From a virus (taxonomy: Duplodnaviria; Caudoviricetes), in IMG/VR virus record IMGVR_UViG_3300032260_000012, positions 1 to 34,303 of that record: a stretch of DNA of 34,303 bases. One strand, 5' to 3'. Positions 34,239 to 34,303 of this stretch are shown here, piece after piece (within the stretch, counting starts at the first letter, position 1; each line of letters opens with the position of its first letter). Position numbers and translations under genes: made by a program. The notes under the pieces were generated by a model that worked only from the letters and a program-made list of their open reading frames with translations, was not told the DNA's origin and did no database searches.

Positions 34239-34303
34239 TAGATTAATCTCGCGGTATGTGATGAAGTTATAGCCACAGGGACAGCTGTCACAGTGACCAC
34301 TTT

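Overview
Most of a temperate, P22-like podovirus genome, probably from a Gammaproteobacterium (inferred from E. coli-type LexA boxes, IHF sites and a dif-like site). Left arm: lytic replication genes (SF4 helicase, primase-type Zn finger, lambda O-like initiator), a cro/cI switch with repeated operators, and ERF-YqaJ-SSB recombination genes. These are followed by a plasmid-type ParA plus partner cassette preceded by five 29-bp repeats, and by an about 580-bp ORF-free, hairpin-dense region (8590-9230). That region has convergent promoters, a candidate antisense RNA and a pseudoknot, and looks like an RNA-controlled plasmid replicon. The minus strand from 30537 to 11018 carries the packaging, head, tail, ejection and lysis operon, including a Maf/MptE-like plus methyltransferase fusion among the head genes and a class 3 lipase after the endolysin. 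Between terS and terL lies a near-canonical XerC/XerD dif-like site flanked by two LexA boxes and two IHF sites. No integrase is present in the window. Best overall reading: a phage-plasmid maintained by an RNA-based replicon, a Par system and host XerCD, and wired to the host SOS response. All calls come from motif reading by eye; no database search was run.
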